Positions 1 to 12,973 are shown, counted from the stretch's first letter. The stretch: 64,000 bases of DNA from Saccostrea echinata (GCF_033153115.1 NW_026889803.1:13702001-13766000), one strand, 5' to 3'. Notes: generated by a model not told the origin, from the sequence alone. Program-made: numbers and translations.

Positions 1-235
1 CCACAGATTCTTCTACAGTTGGCTCTCGTCTTTGAGAATGTTTCAAAATTTGATCTCGAATGTCTGTAAGGCACCCACTGTCGTGGGAAGTAATGGAGGC
101 TCCAAGGCCAGCGTCAGAATCAAATCTCTCTTCAGACTTCAGTTTGTCCAGTCTTCCATCAGATGGTCCAAATTTATGGAAGTTTTCAGGCATAGGTGCT
201 GCACAGCAGTCTTCTTCTAGGTCGTTCATATCCAT
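1..235 (-). CDS. Probable IkappaB/cactus-like NF-kappaB inhibitor, N-terminal coding portion (gene continues beyond the left edge)
   Basis: Reverse-strand ORF from aaacATG at 235 stays open to the edge: MDMNDLEEDCCAAPMPENFHKFGPSDGRLDKLKSEERFDSDAGLGASITSHDSGCLTDIRDQILKH... It has an acidic N-terminus, Lys residues upstream of degron-like RFDSDAGLGAS and HDSGCLT, and kappaB sites 125-225 bp upstream. The ankyrin repeats are not visible in the window. Confidence 0.55.
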   Translation of the reverse strand, partial: MDMNDLEEDCCAAPMPENFHKFGPSDGRLDKLKSEERFDSDAGLGASITSHDSGCLTDIRDQILKHSQRREPTVEESV

Positions 236-360
236 GTTTAGATCAGTGCAAAACTGTTTATCACAATCGAGTGTACAAAAATAAAGAATATAATTCAAAT
301 CTCGCAAGTTATGTACCTCTTCAACGGCTAAATTCCCAACGTATACTGTTTTTGTTTCGA

Positions 361-459
361 TGGACTTTCCACCCAACGTAGAAACTGGAAATTTTCAATC
401 TAACAAAGACAACGCACAAAGGGACTTGTACGATAGGGAATTCCCGTTTGGATTTCCCC
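361..459. promoter_or_regulatory. Cluster of NF-kappaB/Rel binding sites upstream of the IkappaB-like gene
   Basis: Perfect palindrome GGGAATTCCC at 436-445, GGGGAAATCC on the - strand at 450-459, and near-consensus TGGACTTTCC at 361-370. Confidence 0.7.
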
Positions 460-2611
460 TAGATATGACCTAGATATTTGCAGCGGCGGTTGTCGGCAGT
501 CATACAGCGTATCGAACTTTAACATATGGTTATTTTATCAAAATAGACTTTTTCCTGATGAATGTATTTTAGTTATTCACAAAATTTAAAAAAAAAATAT
601 AAGTATTATTGTGACCGGTAATTTTTACTTCCGCACAAACTAAAAAAGTAATGGAATTTATATATGATTAATATTAATCGTAAGAAATTTTTTTCCCTTC
701 ATGAATTTCAAAATTGCTTCGTTTAATATTGCATTGATGAGGATATCCATTGCCAACACCTTAATTATTTGTTTTGTACCTGTATATTTATAGCACGTGG
801 GCGAAATCGTTTACTACACATTGTATGTATATAAGTAATACAATAATCCGATGATCAATATACCTACGTACGTCAGCTTTTTAAATATACCTATATGGCC
901 TGTTCTTTTGATATACATTATGTAAGTTCTTATGTAGGATCTGATTTCATCATGTTCATTACAGGAAACCATATAAGGCAAAGAACCTGAAAAAATATTA
1001 GATATTAATTTTTGTACTTTCTCAACTATATAAAGATTATGTCAAATATTTCTACAAATATCCTCGTTAACGATGGAATTTCAATATTTCACGACAACCT
1101 AGATAAGAGGTGCGATCCCTGCTTCCATATGGCCTCGCCGGTTGAAATTTATTTATTTATTTATTTATTTAATTTATCTATTTATTTGTTTTCTCTTGAT
1201 GTTTAAAAATTCTCATTTTAAAATAAAGTGATTAAAAACGTCAAAGAACTGCTATTATTCAATGTTTATACACTTTTAAAATAATTATATTATCTTAAAA
1301 CTTGAATCCAAAACAAGTATTCAATATAATATGATGTACCTACTAGTATGTATTATATGTATCTATATATAAATGATATAAAAATGTTAATCTATAAAGT
1401 TTTGCTTTTAAAAAGTTTTTGTTTTGAAGTATTTATCACAAAGTGGAACTTTTAAAAATCAAATCAAATAAATGAATAAATGAAGACACCCCCCCTCCCC
1501 CGATTTTGCATGATATAAAAATTCGCTGACAAAATTTTCTACTAAAGATGAAGATACATTTGCACTCTGTCAACGTTTTAAACTCTTTGTACTTCGTATA
1601 CCGTACGTGTTCCCCATCTCGTTATTGTTTAATACAAATAGAGATTTCAGTTTTATTTATTAACCTTGAAATTAAGGAGGGGCACGCCCCTAACGAATGG
1701 GTTTAGTTAAGAGTAAGGTGCATCTTCTATCGATCCTGTGCGATTAGCCGTGCCTGTATTTAATGAATATTTATAACTCACTTGTTTACACAAGGGTATT
1801 TCCATTCAAACTGGAAAAAAAACAAACACTACCACTAAGTTAACAAACAGGAAACGAGAGATATAATTCACCAGTAAGGGAGGGTGTGGTCTATTATGAA
1901 AGCACCCATTTACGGCCATGATAAAAAAAATTCCTTGATTTTCATTCATTTTTTTAAATTGTAGCAGGCGGGAGGCGGGCGGGGATGGAATCTTGGAATT
2001 TTTATGCGCAATAATTTAGAATATCGATAATTTATTTGAAGAGATCTTTAACTGAATTGTCAGTGGTGTATTTTCCTTTCTGTACATGTGTAGGCTAATG
2101 ATAAATCGAAACACTTCACCAGAGACGTGACATGCTAGATTGGGAGTAGGCACCTCCTCCAGTTGGAAGGGGGGGGGGTTACCTTGGAGAGAAAAAAAAT
2201 GGAGAAAATAAATACAAAATCATGCGAGTTTATAACATGAAAATAAAAGAAAAATTGTTTTGGAGATTGATGTAAAATGTATATATTCTTGTCTAAGTAA
2301 CACAAGAAAAACTCTTAAACGTTCGTGTTTCTTTTCATCGATAGAAATTGTTTGCACACTTGAAAAACATCCATGATTATTTTGTAGTGGACTGTATAAT
2401 GGGGACTTACAATGCCTCAACGTCCCGTTACCCCTCACTAGTAAGATAGCTTAAATTCAGAAAACTCGATCCTCAATTTCAGATAGTATATCTAGACAAT
2501 ATATAAGCTGTGGCGAGCCTGAAGAGCCCTAGCTTGGATGGATGATCGCTTCATAATACAAACACATATTTAGTAACTAGAAATATAGTATCGTCATGAC
2601 TACTTACCGTA

Positions 2612-2713
2612 TAGTCCAAAACATCTGACGTTTTCCAGGCTTTTTCACGATTTTGATATTTTACGTGCCAAAATCGTGAAAAAAGCCTGGAAAACGTCAG
2701 ATATTTCGGACTA
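2612..2713. mobile_element. ~100-bp hairpin MITE with a 9-bp TSD (Mutator-like)
   Basis: Inverted arms TAGTCCAAAACATCTGACGTTTTCCAGGC... and ...GCCTGGAAAACGTCAGATATTTCGGACTA, with CTTACCGTA at 2603-2611 and 2714-2722. Confidence 0.7.
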
Positions 2714-4142
2714 CTTACCGTATAGATAATGAGTAATCTTGTAAAATTCTTCAGCACCAAGGTAAAATTCTTTTAATATTTAATATTTTCAATTCAAATG
2801 GTATTTTAGATTTTTTTTTTCCATTACAGTTTCCAAATAGTCCAAAATAGTAATCAAAAATAGCAATTATTCCGATCATGGACATTAACAGAAACTGTCT
2901 GCAAGATTTATAATTTTTTTTCCTCTTTTCAAATATTTACTACAGTATATATGTACATATTTGTTTTATGTCTTGAGGGAATGATGTGTATCAACAAAAA
3001 CTGGGGGAGGGGGGGGGGCAACAACACCTAAATAAAAATTTACTACAGCAAAATATACTTAGAAAAACGGGGAAGTCACGCTCTCCCAAATTCTACAGGC
3101 CTGAGTAATTTAGCCTATAATTTTAAGGACACGTAAAAGTATTAGAAGGCAGAGATTATTTTTTCAGGGGACGTCCATTTGATTCTAGAGGGGGGCTGTC
3201 AAAAATCATGCCTTCACATGACAGAATATTTTTATTTCTAGGATGACAATTAAGAGCTTCTTTTAGTTATGTCTTCACTGAAAAAAGTTTGACAAACAAA
3301 AACAGGGAGGGTTGTCCAAACTAAAAAAAAAACTTTCTTATTTTTTTCCAAGATCGTTCAACCCCCTCTCTCCCCTCCCCAGCACACATATACACACACA
3401 AAACAGAAATCAAATATTTGCCCCCTTATGTTTCTTTAAAAATACTGGACAGAAAATCCTGATTTATATAAATTTCAAACTATTCCGTAATTGAAATTAT
3501 TTGTCTTCTGTGGCAATCAGTAACACCGTGCATTCTAGAGTAGCTGAGGTGGATTGAAAATGAATTTCAAACTAGTTTCAATCCAATGTTTTCTCAGACG
3601 TCCGTGTCGAATTGTACCCGCCCATTTCATTGTCTATCATTAAATATTTTGACTGTAACAGATGGAAATGACGTAAGCTGCATATTTCCAAGTTCTGCGG
3701 TCTTATTGTATGATACACTATAGATTCCTGAATATACACTAGGAATTTATTGTCACGTCATTTCGCAAGAAGCTCAACTCAAGAAATAAGATTACTCACT
3801 TTATTCTTATGTTGCTGAAATACGTGTAAAAATTCCTGATCAACAGTCCGCTTGCGAATTCATGTCTAATTTGACGTTTGCGATATTTACGTAGTTCTCG
3901 CATAAAATAAGGAATCTACAGTATATAGGCCTCGCAAACAAAAAGTATGATGATTATCTAGGTAAAAAAAAAAAATAAGAAGAAAATAGAAGAGAAAAAA
4001 AACTTAGAAAAAATATATTTTAATTTTACTAAAAGTACGCAAATTAACATCACAGTGGTATTTCAGGAATTATGTTATGTACAACATAAAATAATTTTAA
4101 TTGCTATATTCAAAATAATTTATAAACTTTTAAAAAAAAAAT

Positions 4143-7100
4143 CTATGTAATATTCAACTCCTCCAAAACATCATCTCTATCTATACTCTGTAAGGCATCC
4201 ACAACACCTTGAAGTCTGTCTTTTCCCATGTGTTTCAGTTTCCTGAGAAGTTGGTAAGTAATTTCATAATGCCCTTCATCTTTGTAGTCCATTTCTACTT
4301 GTTCAATCTGAACCTCTTTGAAACCTAACCGTCGACAGAACTTTTTATAATCACGTCCCAAATTCTCTGACAGTTTATCACATTCTTCATCTGTTATTGC
4401 TCTGTCAGGTGCTGGTTAAAAAAGAAATAATTTTATGGAATCTCATTTTTTACTTAAGAATTATATATGATTTTTTTTTTGTTATTTATTAACTGTCAAA
4501 ACAAAACTTCTACAAAGAGAAACAATATTTCTAAAACTTGAGCTTTCATTCAAATTTTAAAGATTATGAGTAGATTGAAGATAAAAGCTCTGGCATTTAA
4601 GAAATATTATTCAAAGTCAATTCAACATTCTATGAAACTACATGCAAGTACATATACACTGCAAGAAATATAATATATGCTTGTGAAAATCCCCTGATAA
4701 CTCTTCATGTCAATCTGTATAGCTTTTTTTAAGGGAATTTCCATACATACTTAATTCATTATTTTCATTTTTCACTTTAGAAAAGGAAGTTCAATCTGTG
4801 TTTAGTTTTCCTTCCTTTATACCACTTTAACTATAAGTATTATTCCTAAAACAACTGTTTTCATATTTGCTTTGTAAAAATGTGAATCATCTGCAGACAT
4901 TTCTCAGGATTCAGTTTTCAATGAACAGAAACAAACATTTTGAATTTTGAATTCATTCTATCGATATCAAGGTAAAACAGCTGTAGAGTACTGTAGACCT
5001 TACTACAGTCACTATTGGTGCAAGTTTACAATCACTGAAAGAATTCATTCAAGCTTTTTTTTTTGCATTTAGACATGTATATACACCACTGACCAATAAA
5101 CTGTAAACTTGCACCAATAGTGACTGTAGTAAGGTCTACAGTACTCTACAGCTGTTTTACCTTGATATCGATAGAATATTATGTATATAATTGTTTTGAA
5201 AATTTTAAGGACAATTTAATTATTTTATTTTTAATTTATGACAATCCAGTATATCCTGTCAAAAACCCTCATACATGCAACATGCAGCACTGAGAAAGAC
5301 AGTCAATAAGAATATAGGCTGCTAACTGCCTTGCTGTTGAAAAAAATGGTTCTGAATGTAGACAGCTCACTCATAGATTAACGATGAGTGGATTCTGAGC
5401 TAGAGATATATAGCAATACTCCTTTTTTCTTGAAAAAAAATCGTCAATTTTTTTCATTTAACTTCAATTGAAAAAAAAAACATAAAAATCAATTATTTCC
5501 TGCCTTCCCCCAGTGGCAATTCCAAACAAACAATTTCAACGAATGGCCTAGACTACTTTTTTGTATAAAGAAATAATTTCAGTCTATAAATTTACATTTG
5601 TTTTAATGCAATAAAAACTGGTCCAGAATAAAATCTTTTGAAGAAAACCTACAACAAACATAATTAAACCCCACCCACAGCCCTTGAAGGAAAAGGTTAC
5701 ATCTAAGGGTTTACAACCAAAGGCTCCCTTTCATTGTTTGATTTTCAATATGCATATATATGTCACACAGAATGACTGCAGAAAAGCATTTGTCTGGAAA
5801 CTCATTGTTGGTTATGCATTCCCCTTTTTTCCATTTCCTAATTGATTGAAAAAGGAATAAAAGAAAACCATCTCTGATCCCAATATTAATGGGTAATCTT
5901 AAAATAAATAAAATGAGCAGAGGTTGAATGCAATGCCAAGAACATATATGAGACATATCACACCTTCGATCTTCTTCCTGTCCTTTTTCTTAGCTTTTTT
6001 CTTCCATTTTGAACTTGAGGCACCATGATCTCCCACAACCATGAAATTCTGATCTCCTATTTGTATATTTGGGAGCTTGTCGTTGGGAATTGTACCCAAG
6101 TGTAATGTGGTTCGACCTCCACCTCCTGAAAGGACAATAGAATGAATGTTGATAAATTAAATACTGTCTTTCAGAAAAAAAACCCTTAGAAGATGGACGT
6201 TTTAATCTTACATTGTTTTGTTAGTCTACATTCCAATATCATATACTTCATTTAACTACAGTCAAACCTCATTATCTCAAACTCAATGGGATCAAGGAAA
6301 AACTTCAGGATATTCTTGAGTTCAAAATATTGAGGGTTAAATACATAGAGGAAAAGGGGTTGGGATTTCCAAACGACTTCAACATATCTATGGGATTTGA
6401 CATGTTTGAGATACCGAAGTTCAACTGTACTAAATACTAATTCCAAGAAAACTCTTATAGTTCATTAAGTGTTGGATCTGTAAGTTTCCTTATCTTTCCT
6501 CAAGAGAAGTAACAAAATAGACCACAAAATGAGCTGAATTCAGACTGATGGACATCTCTATACTACATCAGTCTTAAGATACATATATCAATGTAATACA
6601 GACTCATATTCAATTAATGGAGGGAGGATCTACAAAACTTGGGAAAATTCATAAAAATTTATCTGGGAACTGGAATATGAAACAATTCAAATAGAATTTT
6701 TCCAATACACAAGTAATTTTGTAAGGAATTGTTGTCACAGTTATTGAACTTGTACACTCTTAATTTTCCAAAGAACAAAAAAAAAACCCACACTATCAAG
6801 TCTTTTAAATCAATCTACAGGCACTTCTAGTACATGTCTTTTAATGACCTCCTTTTATGAGCCTATGTTGTATACATATATACATCTTTAAAAACATCTC
6901 TCATATAACTTTAAGGTAATTTAACAATGTTTTATCTCCAATCTCCAACTGCCATGTTGAGAAAATGCACCTTGTGCATGACTGACAATAATAAATTTTT
7001 ATGTAATCGTAATTAGAAATGATATTTACTATGTTCATAATGGATGGTTTGAGGTTGATCACTACTTCTAGATTTCTTTGTTGAATCTGAAGTACCCGGT

Positions 7101-7618
7101 CTGGCATCTGTTTCAATCTGGTAAAGAAGAAATTTTGTTATGTGTTTGTTCATTTAAATACATAAGTGACAGTGTTCACAAAGTAACATAATTCAAGGAA
7201 TGTTCATTGGCATCCTCACAACATCAGGGGTCCTGAGTCCACACATGCTCTTGGAGCCCCTGAGAGACTTCATTTGATGTTTTATGGGCTTGCTTCTCTC
7301 ATTTAAAAGATTCAGTCAAATTGGGGCTTTCATAAACTGACATAAAACATAAACAGAAAGTAATCAGTTGACACCTCAATGCATGTACTATAGAAAGGCT
7401 GAATGTGATTGGTCAGGAGATAAGAAAACAATCAAGTTTTGTAACTCCCCTGAGAGACCTTGCTGCAGTCAGCCCATAAAATATTGAATGAAGTTTGTCA
7501 GGGGTCCCACGACCACATGTGAACTCAGGAGACTCCTGACATTGTGAGGATGGTTCATTGACTAAAAGCTATGAAAGAATATCACCTCTGATTGATATGA
7601 TGCTACGTCTTCTTCCAT
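4143..7618 (-). CDS. Imd-like / RIPK1-C-terminus-like adaptor with caspase site, RHIM and death domain (183 aa)
   Basis: Exons 7618-7586, 7117-7030, 6125-5964 and 4411-4143 join through GT-AG introns in consistent phase (552 nt): MEEDVASYQSE|IETDARPGTSDS...|...NIQIGDQNFMVVG...KWKKKAKKKDRKKIE|APDRAITDEECDKLSENLGRDYKKFCRRLGFKEVQIEQVEMDY...YQLLRKL...VVDALQSIDRDDVLEELNIT*. The last exon is a typical death domain. Confidence 0.8.
4955..5177. mobile_element. MITE/foldback element with perfect 76-bp inverted arms
   Basis: 4955-5030 is the exact reverse complement of 5102-5177. Confidence 0.8.
6259..6427. mobile_element. Tc1/pogo-type MITE
   Basis: TA|CAGTCAAACCTC...GAAGTTCAACTG|TA termini with a TA target duplication. 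Confidence 0.6.
7211..7552. mobile_element. MITE with long imperfect TIRs
   Basis: CATCCTCACAA...TTGTGAGGATG termini, with GTTCATTG on both flanks (7202-7209 and 7553-7560). Confidence 0.7.
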
Positions 7619-10213
7619 GAAGTCTGAAATTGTCTTGGAAGATGCTTTTACAGTTTGGAATGATGTGATACCTGTCAACTACATACAAGAATATCTTATG
7701 ATAATATATTACACACAATACTATTTATTGCATTGAAAACTGCTTGGTATATAAAAAGAATAAATCATTACTCTTTCATGTTACCTTTACAATTTAGATA
7801 TAACTTTCACAGCTTCTCTTCTGTGAATTTAGTTAGAATAATCTAACTGTGTCTCGGGACAAGCCCTCGATCACCACAGTTAGAATATGTCCCATATACT
7901 TGCAATGTAGCAAATCGGAGTGGATCCACTCCGAAATGATTTTGAAGAATACAAAAGGAGTTGCACTGAAAATAACTACCAAATTAATCATAACAAACCT
8001 TTTTGAGATTGTATATGCCTTTTAACCTAAAAAATAATCCATATAAATACGAAAATTCAACTCATTTTCTCAACGTTTTTTCCTTGCTTCAAATTTAACG
8101 CCATGTTGACATTCGGAACTCTCTGGATTGTTCATAGAAAATGCACAGAGTTCGAGTTATCGCCCGTGTTTATTTTGCTACATTGCGAATACACGGAACG
8201 AATTCTATCGTTAAACCGGGTCCGTAGGACAATATCATTTTAACGATAGAACATTCTATCTACTGTGAATTGTACACGTAAACATGTTATCTTAATATGT
8301 CTCTGTTTACCCCAGGGACATATATGCCTAGTATATTAATATATAGGACCCTTTTTATACCAAAATGATATTAGTCCTGCATTTGGAATTAAAATTAACT
8401 ATTAGCAACATAACAAGGTCAGCATTGATCTTAGCTAGATATTTAGAGTTGACAATCATGATCATAGGTTTTAAAATGCTCCGACGTTAGATGGTCCTTG
8501 CAAACATCGGAAAATCAAACACGTGTCTTGTTCTTTCATATATTTATCTCAAAAGAGAGAAAGCTGATAGTGATCCAGTCTACATCCCACTTCTTTCAGT
8601 TTTTACCAAACCCAGGAAAGAAATCAAAAACTTACAAATTTGTCGATTGTCATTTTCTAAAAGTCCTCAATCATAAGTGCCAGCGTTCACTTTCTCAAAG
8701 ACTTTTCTGTGTTTACAATATCAATATGAATGCCATTATAGAAATTATGTTACCTTAAAAAGATTGTGAAAATTACCAAAATCCAAGATCGCACAAACCG
8801 AAAGTAGAATGGGAAGGCGGTAAAAGAAGTTCGTCAGATGCGACAGGCGATAAAACTAGTACTCCTGATGCCTCTCTCAACTGAATTGCGTTTTGTTTTG
8901 TTTTTGTTTTGTTTTGTCATTTCTTCTGGGTTTGTGTGTGTGTGTGTGAGGGTGTGTGTGTGTGTGTTTAATGAGGGTATCTGTAAACTACGAAAAGAAA
9001 AGAAACAAAACGAAACGGAGAGGAAACAAAAAGAAACGAAGAAAAGAAACGAAACGTAGATTTCATCAGGAAAAAGATGAAAGGAAAAAAAGATTTATAC
9101 AAAAAGTACTAAATTTAAGATGGGACTTAATATAGTATTGATTTTATAGGTCAATTAAAAGCACATAATATATATGATTTTGTGTATACATCTAAAGTAA
9201 ATTAATTTAGGGGGGAGAGAGGCTTTGTTCATTGATAATTTGCGGTTCTGTAGTGCATGTGACTTGTTAATACCATTTGACTGGAGGTTAGAGGCTCTGT
9301 CAGTTTTTCATGATGGATTTTTTTGTGTTCAGTATATGCGTTTATTGACCAATCAAGGATCCTCGGGGGATACACGGTATACACGGTTTAGGTTTTTTTT
9401 AACTACTAACAACTTCACATAGACTTTGAAACAGGAGGGGGTGATGTGCTCCCCCCTTTATTCCCCAAAACACATTAACATCTTAGTCCTTTCCCACTTT
9501 TTTCCCACAAAAAATTACTCGAATCTTGCACCCTTTCCCCCATTTCTTATATGTCTCGAAATTTTATAAAAATAAAAATAATTGCCATCAAACACCCTCC
9601 CCATCATATTTACACTTTTTTTAATTTCATGCATGTGCTTATCAGTGGGAAGAGCAAACTTCACTATATACTTATCGATAAAGGACACCCCCAACCCACA
9701 CACACACACAAACACACTGATAAGAATGCCAGATGCTTTTATATAACCCATGAAATCGATATTGTGATAATTTCAGTCTTGATAAAATAATCATTATAAA
9801 TTTATATATATTTTATTCCTTTTTTCTTCTTCTTATTTTTATTTACTTTTCATTTCTTTTCCTTATGTTTTTTCCTCTTTTTGTTTTCTTTTCGTTTTTT
9901 CACTTTCTTTTCTTTCTTTCTTTTTTTTTCGATTCTCTTCTTTTCGCAGTTTACAGAGTACACCATGACAGTTTACGTTTCTGGCCTGAAACTTTAGAAG
10001 ACTTTTCTTCCGATTTCAACCGAAAAAAAAAATATCTGGCTGATCTGAAGACAATTTTAAAGTAAAAAAAAAAATTCAATATCTATTTATTTATCCGTTA
10101 TCATGTTAGAATTTCTCAGTTAGTGTCACTTCTTTTAAACTCTTTCTTATTCATTTTTCTCTCTCCAAATTTTGGGGCTGAAATAAGATTTTCCAAAAGG
10201 GTTTTTTAAATAA

Positions 10214-12250
10214 ACTAGAGGCCAAATGGCTTTAACGGTCACCTGAGTATATCACAACCCTCAGTCCCTGTAAAGGATCTATGGAATGGCAATTTATAAA
10301 ACAAAATAAACTGACAGATGAAGTTGTATTGCTCAAAACAAGAGAAATATCATAATCAGGGATCGGCAAAATAATTAGTATGGTAATCAACAACAAATCA
10401 GAATGATGTAGATTTACTTGTTTGTATGTGCCAGTGCTCTCTAAACCAAACTAACATAATTGTGCTTTAGCAACATAGTAAGCCTAGCTAGTGGCCACTG
10501 CAATGGTATCTCTTACTATTAATCATCTATTATTTCAAAGTCTACATGGCCATTAAAAACTGTAAATGTGCTTTTTGTATATTAGACATTAAAAATTCTT
10601 GTATAATTCTTTTATTCAATATATCTATCAGCTACATTATTTACAGTGATTAATTACCATACGTGAATAATAATGGGCAATAACTCCTCTTATTTCCATA
10701 TATGATCATAATAGAGCCCCGCCCTAACCCCAGACCCCTGATCCAAGGGCCATGGATTTCACAATTTTGGAAGAAGCACTCATGCTCATCATACAACTTT
10801 GTCTGCCAAAGTTTAATACCCATGTAGGAGGAGAGAGATTTTCAAAGAATTAATACATTTTCATCATGTGATCAAAAGAGTCCCGTCCTAACCAGAATAC
10901 AAGATCCAGGTTCCATGAATTTCACAATTTCGGAAGAAGCACCCTTGTTCATCATAACCATGCACTTGTTTGTCTACTAAATACACAGGAGCAGAAGAAA
11001 ATTTTCAGAGAATTAATACATTTTCATTACGTGATCAATAAAGCCCCCTTGCTCCACAACCCCTGACCCAGGAGCCATAAATTTCACAATTTGGGGAGAA
11101 GCCTCTTGCTCATCATATTTATGTGCTTAGTTTGTCTGCTAATTATACAGGAGGAAAGATTTTTGTATGGAATTAAAAATTATACCCAGGAGCAGAAGAA
11201 CTTTTCAAAGATATAGGTGATTCCACTCTCGTTTGATGTCAACAGTTTTTGCAAAATCTTTCATTAATTTAACAATATTAATTGAACAATATAAATATAT
11301 TTTTTAGAAGAATGTTTTTAAATAGGTTGTTTAATGAAAGAATTACTAGTAATAGAATAATATTCAGGAAGCAATTTCATTTTGGGGAGGGGGGACAACC
11401 AAACTTATTTCAGTTTGGGTGGGCACTACCAAGCAAAAATTCCTTGGCAAGCCCCCCCCCCCCCCTTTACTATAAATAATAATTTATTTACTCTTTAAAA
11501 ACATGCAAAGGGCAATAACTCTTATCCACGCATCTTTTTTCATGTATTACTTTAATGGATTCCCCGATATCCACAATCTATATATATTTTCTAAGTTACA
11601 ATTATTTGGGAGTTTCATTATTAAAATTATGTCATTTGAGCAAGTTTAATTGATTTTGATGATGCTATTAACCAAAAATGAGAGTTTTTTTTATTCTTAC
11701 AGATATACTTCTGTTTATCTTTGTCTGAGAACTTGAGCGGGGGACCTGTACATTTTTGTGATTAGTATTATAGTTAAACTGTATTCGGTGGAAATTAAAG
11801 CAGTTTTTAAACGTAGAACCCATAAAAGTGTAAGTATGAACTCACCGTAATGTATTTTCAACATACAAATATATGAACAATAGAGCCCCGTCCTAACACC
11901 AGACCCCTGACCCCGGGGGGGGGGGGGGTTGAAGAATTTAATGCACTTTCACTATATGATCTATAGAGGCTCACCCGAACACCAGAACCCCTAACCCTGG
12001 GGCCATGTATTTCACAATGACTGCTTGATATCCAGGGGTAAAGATTTTTTTTTAAAGATTGCATTAATTTTTATGGTTTTGGTCCCACCCCTCAGGCCCC
12101 AGGAGGACAGAAATTATCAAGTTTTGTTCCTTTTTACCCATAGATGCTATATATTAAAATTGAATGAAATTGGGTCAGGGTTTTTCAGAAAAGAAGTTCA
12201 AAATGTTCAATTAAATGCTAACGCACGACACACGAAGACGAACAAAAACA
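10214..12250 (+). mobile_element. Non-autonomous Helentron (HINE)-like element with an internal ~165-bp satellite-like array, 3' end degraded
   Basis: Starts ACTAGAGGCC...AACGGTCACCTGAGT and contains repeated GCCATGAATTTCACAATTTTGG/AGAAGATTTTCAAAGA units. Same family as 37549-39553. Confidence 0.7.
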
Positions 12251-12521
12251 GATAAATACTGAAAATTGAAATAAGCAAAACTAATTTGTTTCAGAGGTAG
12301 CTTCAATTTTTAACATTCACGTTTCTACAAATAGTAAATTTTCTTATGGTTACCATGGAGATACTTTAAAATGAATGTTGCTTAGCAGATTCAATTACAC
12401 ACCTTTACGTCATGAAAATGAAGGTATTCAGATAAAAAAAAAAGGCTTTTAGTCCAATATTCAATACATGTATTTATATGCAACAAATAAGCTAATTAAA
12501 ATTAAAGACCGCTGAATTTAA

Positions 12522-12839
12522 AATAATTTTAAGGGAACGTCTAAAATATATATTACTCAGTATTGCATGACAATTCAGATAGATTCGTCCTATAAAAAAT
12601 GAGAACTTAAGATGGGACTTTTTATTTATAAAAATGATTGATCACACATTTACAAAATGTATTGGAGTAAGTCCGACGACGAAGAAATTATTTTAAAGAA
12701 ACGTCTAAAACATAAATTACCCAGTATTCAATGACAATTCTGACATATTCGTCCTACAAATAATGAGAACTTAAGATGGGACTTTTTATTTATTAAAATG
12801 GCTTCATCACACATTTACAACTGAATGTACTAGGAGTAA
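12522..12839. repeat. Imperfect ~165-bp direct tandem duplication
   Basis: AACGTCTAAAA...ATGAGAACTTAAGATGGGACTTTTTATTTAT...TGGAGTAAG occurs twice. Confidence 0.7.
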
Positions 12840-12973
12840 GAAATTCAGATTCAGCTCAGTAGAGGAACACCTGCAAGGTATAGTGTAAATTGAACCAAAG
12901 TTCGATAGCTGAATTCCTTTGGATCAGGTAAATTGATTGTTTGTCGAAAATCAATCATCGATCGACTTCTGCG

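Noticed and set aside
32-381. Three short + strand ORFs in the supplied track
   Set aside because: They are antisense shadows of the - strand ORF starting at 235, which the track omits because it has no stop inside the window.
8838-10065. Short ORFs rich in VC, KE or F
   Set aside because: They are translations of (GT)n and purine/pyrimidine low-complexity tracts.
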